This document shows positions 62,023-64,000 of a stretch of 64,000 nucleotides of DNA, piece after piece (the first letter of the stretch is position 1; every line of letters begins with the position of its first letter). Under the pieces are notes generated by a model. The model saw only the letters and a list, made by a program, of their open reading frames with translations, made no database searches and was not told the origin of the DNA. Both the position numbers and the translations under genes were made by a program. Source of the DNA: Cycas panzhihuaensis (Eukaryota; Plantae; Cycadophyta); NCBI GenBank assembly GCA_023213395.1, contig CM041465.1:249309741-249373740 (forward strand), read 5' to 3'.

Positions 62023-63872
62023 TATGAAACATTAGTAGAATTCAGAGTTTAGATATTTGATCTAATCATTGCAACTAAAGTGACTAAAAAAAATGATAGC
62101 TATTATATTTTCATCTAAATTAGCGTGAATTGTAGATTTTGAAGTCAACGACTATTATATTTTCTATATGGGTGATCGATCTACATCTACGCCTTTTGTC
62201 TTACTCTTAATTTTTCTCATAATTTATAGCAGCCAATAAATAGCGATTAATCTTCAACAGTAAAGTAATTTTAATAATTCATTTTACTAGTTGAATAACA
62301 TTTGAAGGAATCATGGTTGTTATATGAAATCAGAGGGCTACATAGATCTTCAATAGGTGATTTTACACTGTCAAATAGCTTTTGATAAGAATACAATTGG
62401 ATTTAATAATTTATAGGTTAATTAGAAGCCTTTTCTTAATTTATCACTTTAAGATGAAGTCAGATGAGCCAGATCTCTCTCAAAACTCGGCCAGGATTGC
62501 TTTTATGATCCCAATATGAGCTTCAATAGTGTTGTATAGCTTACCTTGATGCTTAACTTCTTTGATCAGCTTCCAATGTTGGTGCCACAAACGTATGGAG
62601 AGCCCAAATGTGCTTTGCAATTCCAAATGGCCTCTTATCTTAGTGCCAACTTGATCTATGATCTCCAATCTTTGAATTTGGCCAGTTAGTGACTCGTTTC
62701 CAATCTTAGATATGAGTTCTAACATTGACCCTTGCTTCCTTAGGCTCTGATACCATGTGAGAGTTTGTGTATATGCAAGTTGCAGGTTCATTATCAATCC
62801 AACTAGAGGCTAAGACTACTACATGTCATGATCATTCACAAGAAGACTCAAACACCAGATATATCATGGGAAATTCTTGAGAGTGAAAACCCACCTATAT
62901 AATATTTTAATATATTAAACATAAAACAATACAAAGTGTTTTAGAGATAAGATGGAGCATGAAAAGATTGTTGAGATCACATGATCTTGAGTTGATGATT
63001 TGAATATCAAGGAGGTATGAATATATAGACCCCAAAATGGTACCATGTAAGGTCATAGCTTTTCATCATATCTTTTCACCAATGGACACGCCTATTCATC
63101 ACACTTACACACTCTAATTAACCCTAATCAAGCATTAAGTTATAGTTAACCTAAGTTAACTATCGCTAACAATTATGCTTCTTTAAGGTGTTTTGTTTAT
63201 AAGAATGTAATCTTAAAAATGCCCATTTATCCACTAAAAATTATCTTTTTAAATTATGTAAATCCTATTGTTGCTTCATTATGTTCCTTATGGTATTTTT
63301 AGTATCCTTAAGATTGTGAAGGATACTCTCTCTTCTCCATATGGTCCTTCACTATTAGGACTTTTGATTAAGTAACTATGTGGATTGATGATGGTGGGTC
63401 ATAACCATACAGAGCTTTAAAGGGCAACGTTTGCACTACCATATGAAATATAATGTTGTACCACCATTTATGGAGATATAACCACTTGTGTCAATGTGAC
63501 TATTTATTTAATATAAAGCACTTGAGATGTCCCTTTAAACATCTATTCACTACTTTGGTTTGACCATCTATCTAGGGATTGTATACGATGCTCATATTTA
63601 ATTTAATTCCTATTAAATTAAATATTTCTCCTAAAAATTACTAGTGGATTTTAGGTCTTGATCAACCACAATAACCTTTTGGAATTTATGTAATCAATGG
63701 ATTTCTTTTATAAAAACATTTATAGTTTAGCTAGTTTTAAAAGTGTATTGTATTCCCCAAAAGTAAGCATATTTTCTAAGTCAATTGACTACCACCATTA
63801 TTGTATTCTTGCCTTCTGAGTTAAGCATACTTATAATAAACTCCATAGATATTTATTCTTGTTTCTTCTTAG

Positions 63873-64000
63873 TGTTGGACTAATCACCATATCTCAAGGA
63901 TTATTTATGCGGACTAACCACCAACCTGGGCCCTAGGACTAACCACCCTATGGGGTGTTCAAATATGAGATTTATATCAGACACTAACACCTTGAGGTTT
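63873..64000. mobile_element. Possible start of a further LTR with short ggactaa(c/t)cacc repeats
   Basis: Integrase similarity stops at a tgttgg start; the 12-mer occurs three times. Confidence 0.3.

Larger units (their letters stand above)
58409..63171 (-). mobile_element. Internally deleted Ty1/copia derivative (gag plus telescoped pol), 4763 bp
   Basis: LTRs 58409-58825 and 62756-63171; perfect PBS complement 62744-62755; PPT complement tcccccctt; TSD gttat/attat; gag similar to that of the element at 5750-11901. Confidence 0.92.
57760..63872 (-). mobile_element. 3' part of another chromovirus (integrase, chromodomain, PPT, 3' LTR), interrupted by the element at 58409-63171
   Basis: KWWYN...PFKALYGYDPP (63380-63500), QNTLKKH|NKQKL*SKFY across the insertion, DAA*EDE...GQGIF (chromodomain end), PPT complement C8 at 58011-58018. 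The left LTR boundary is uncertain. Confidence 0.75.

Noticed and set aside
62480-62797. 105-aa ORF starting in the LTR
   Set aside because: It crosses the PBS (TWYQS is the usual PBS translation) and has no recognisable domain, so it is probably incidental.

Overview
This is AT-rich land-plant nuclear DNA, probably from a very large genome (gymnosperm-like, by inference). It consists almost entirely of nested, mostly decayed retrotransposons; I found no host gene, RNA gene or prokaryotic system. It holds five LINEs: three RNase H-bearing L1 copies of one family, one LINE without RNase H and one very old remnant. It also holds two full-length Ty1/copia relics, three chromovirus-type Ty3/gypsy elements, one non-chromoviral (Athila/Tat-like) gypsy relic, several solo or orphan LTRs, and four non-autonomous LTR elements that keep gag but have lost most or all of pol (one of the four is also counted among the chromoviruses). 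LTR pairs, PBS, PPT and target-site duplications allow a five-level nest to be rebuilt at about 30.6-57.3 kb. The most notable observations are a three-hairpin 3' UTR with compensatory changes shared by the three L1 copies, a young TR-GAG-like element with an intact gag ORF, a Q/G/F/Y-rich repeat in a copia Gag, a copia derivative with an in-frame telescoped pol, and pervasive C-to-T erosion including non-CG contexts. All calls were made by eye; coordinates of decayed domains are approximate.
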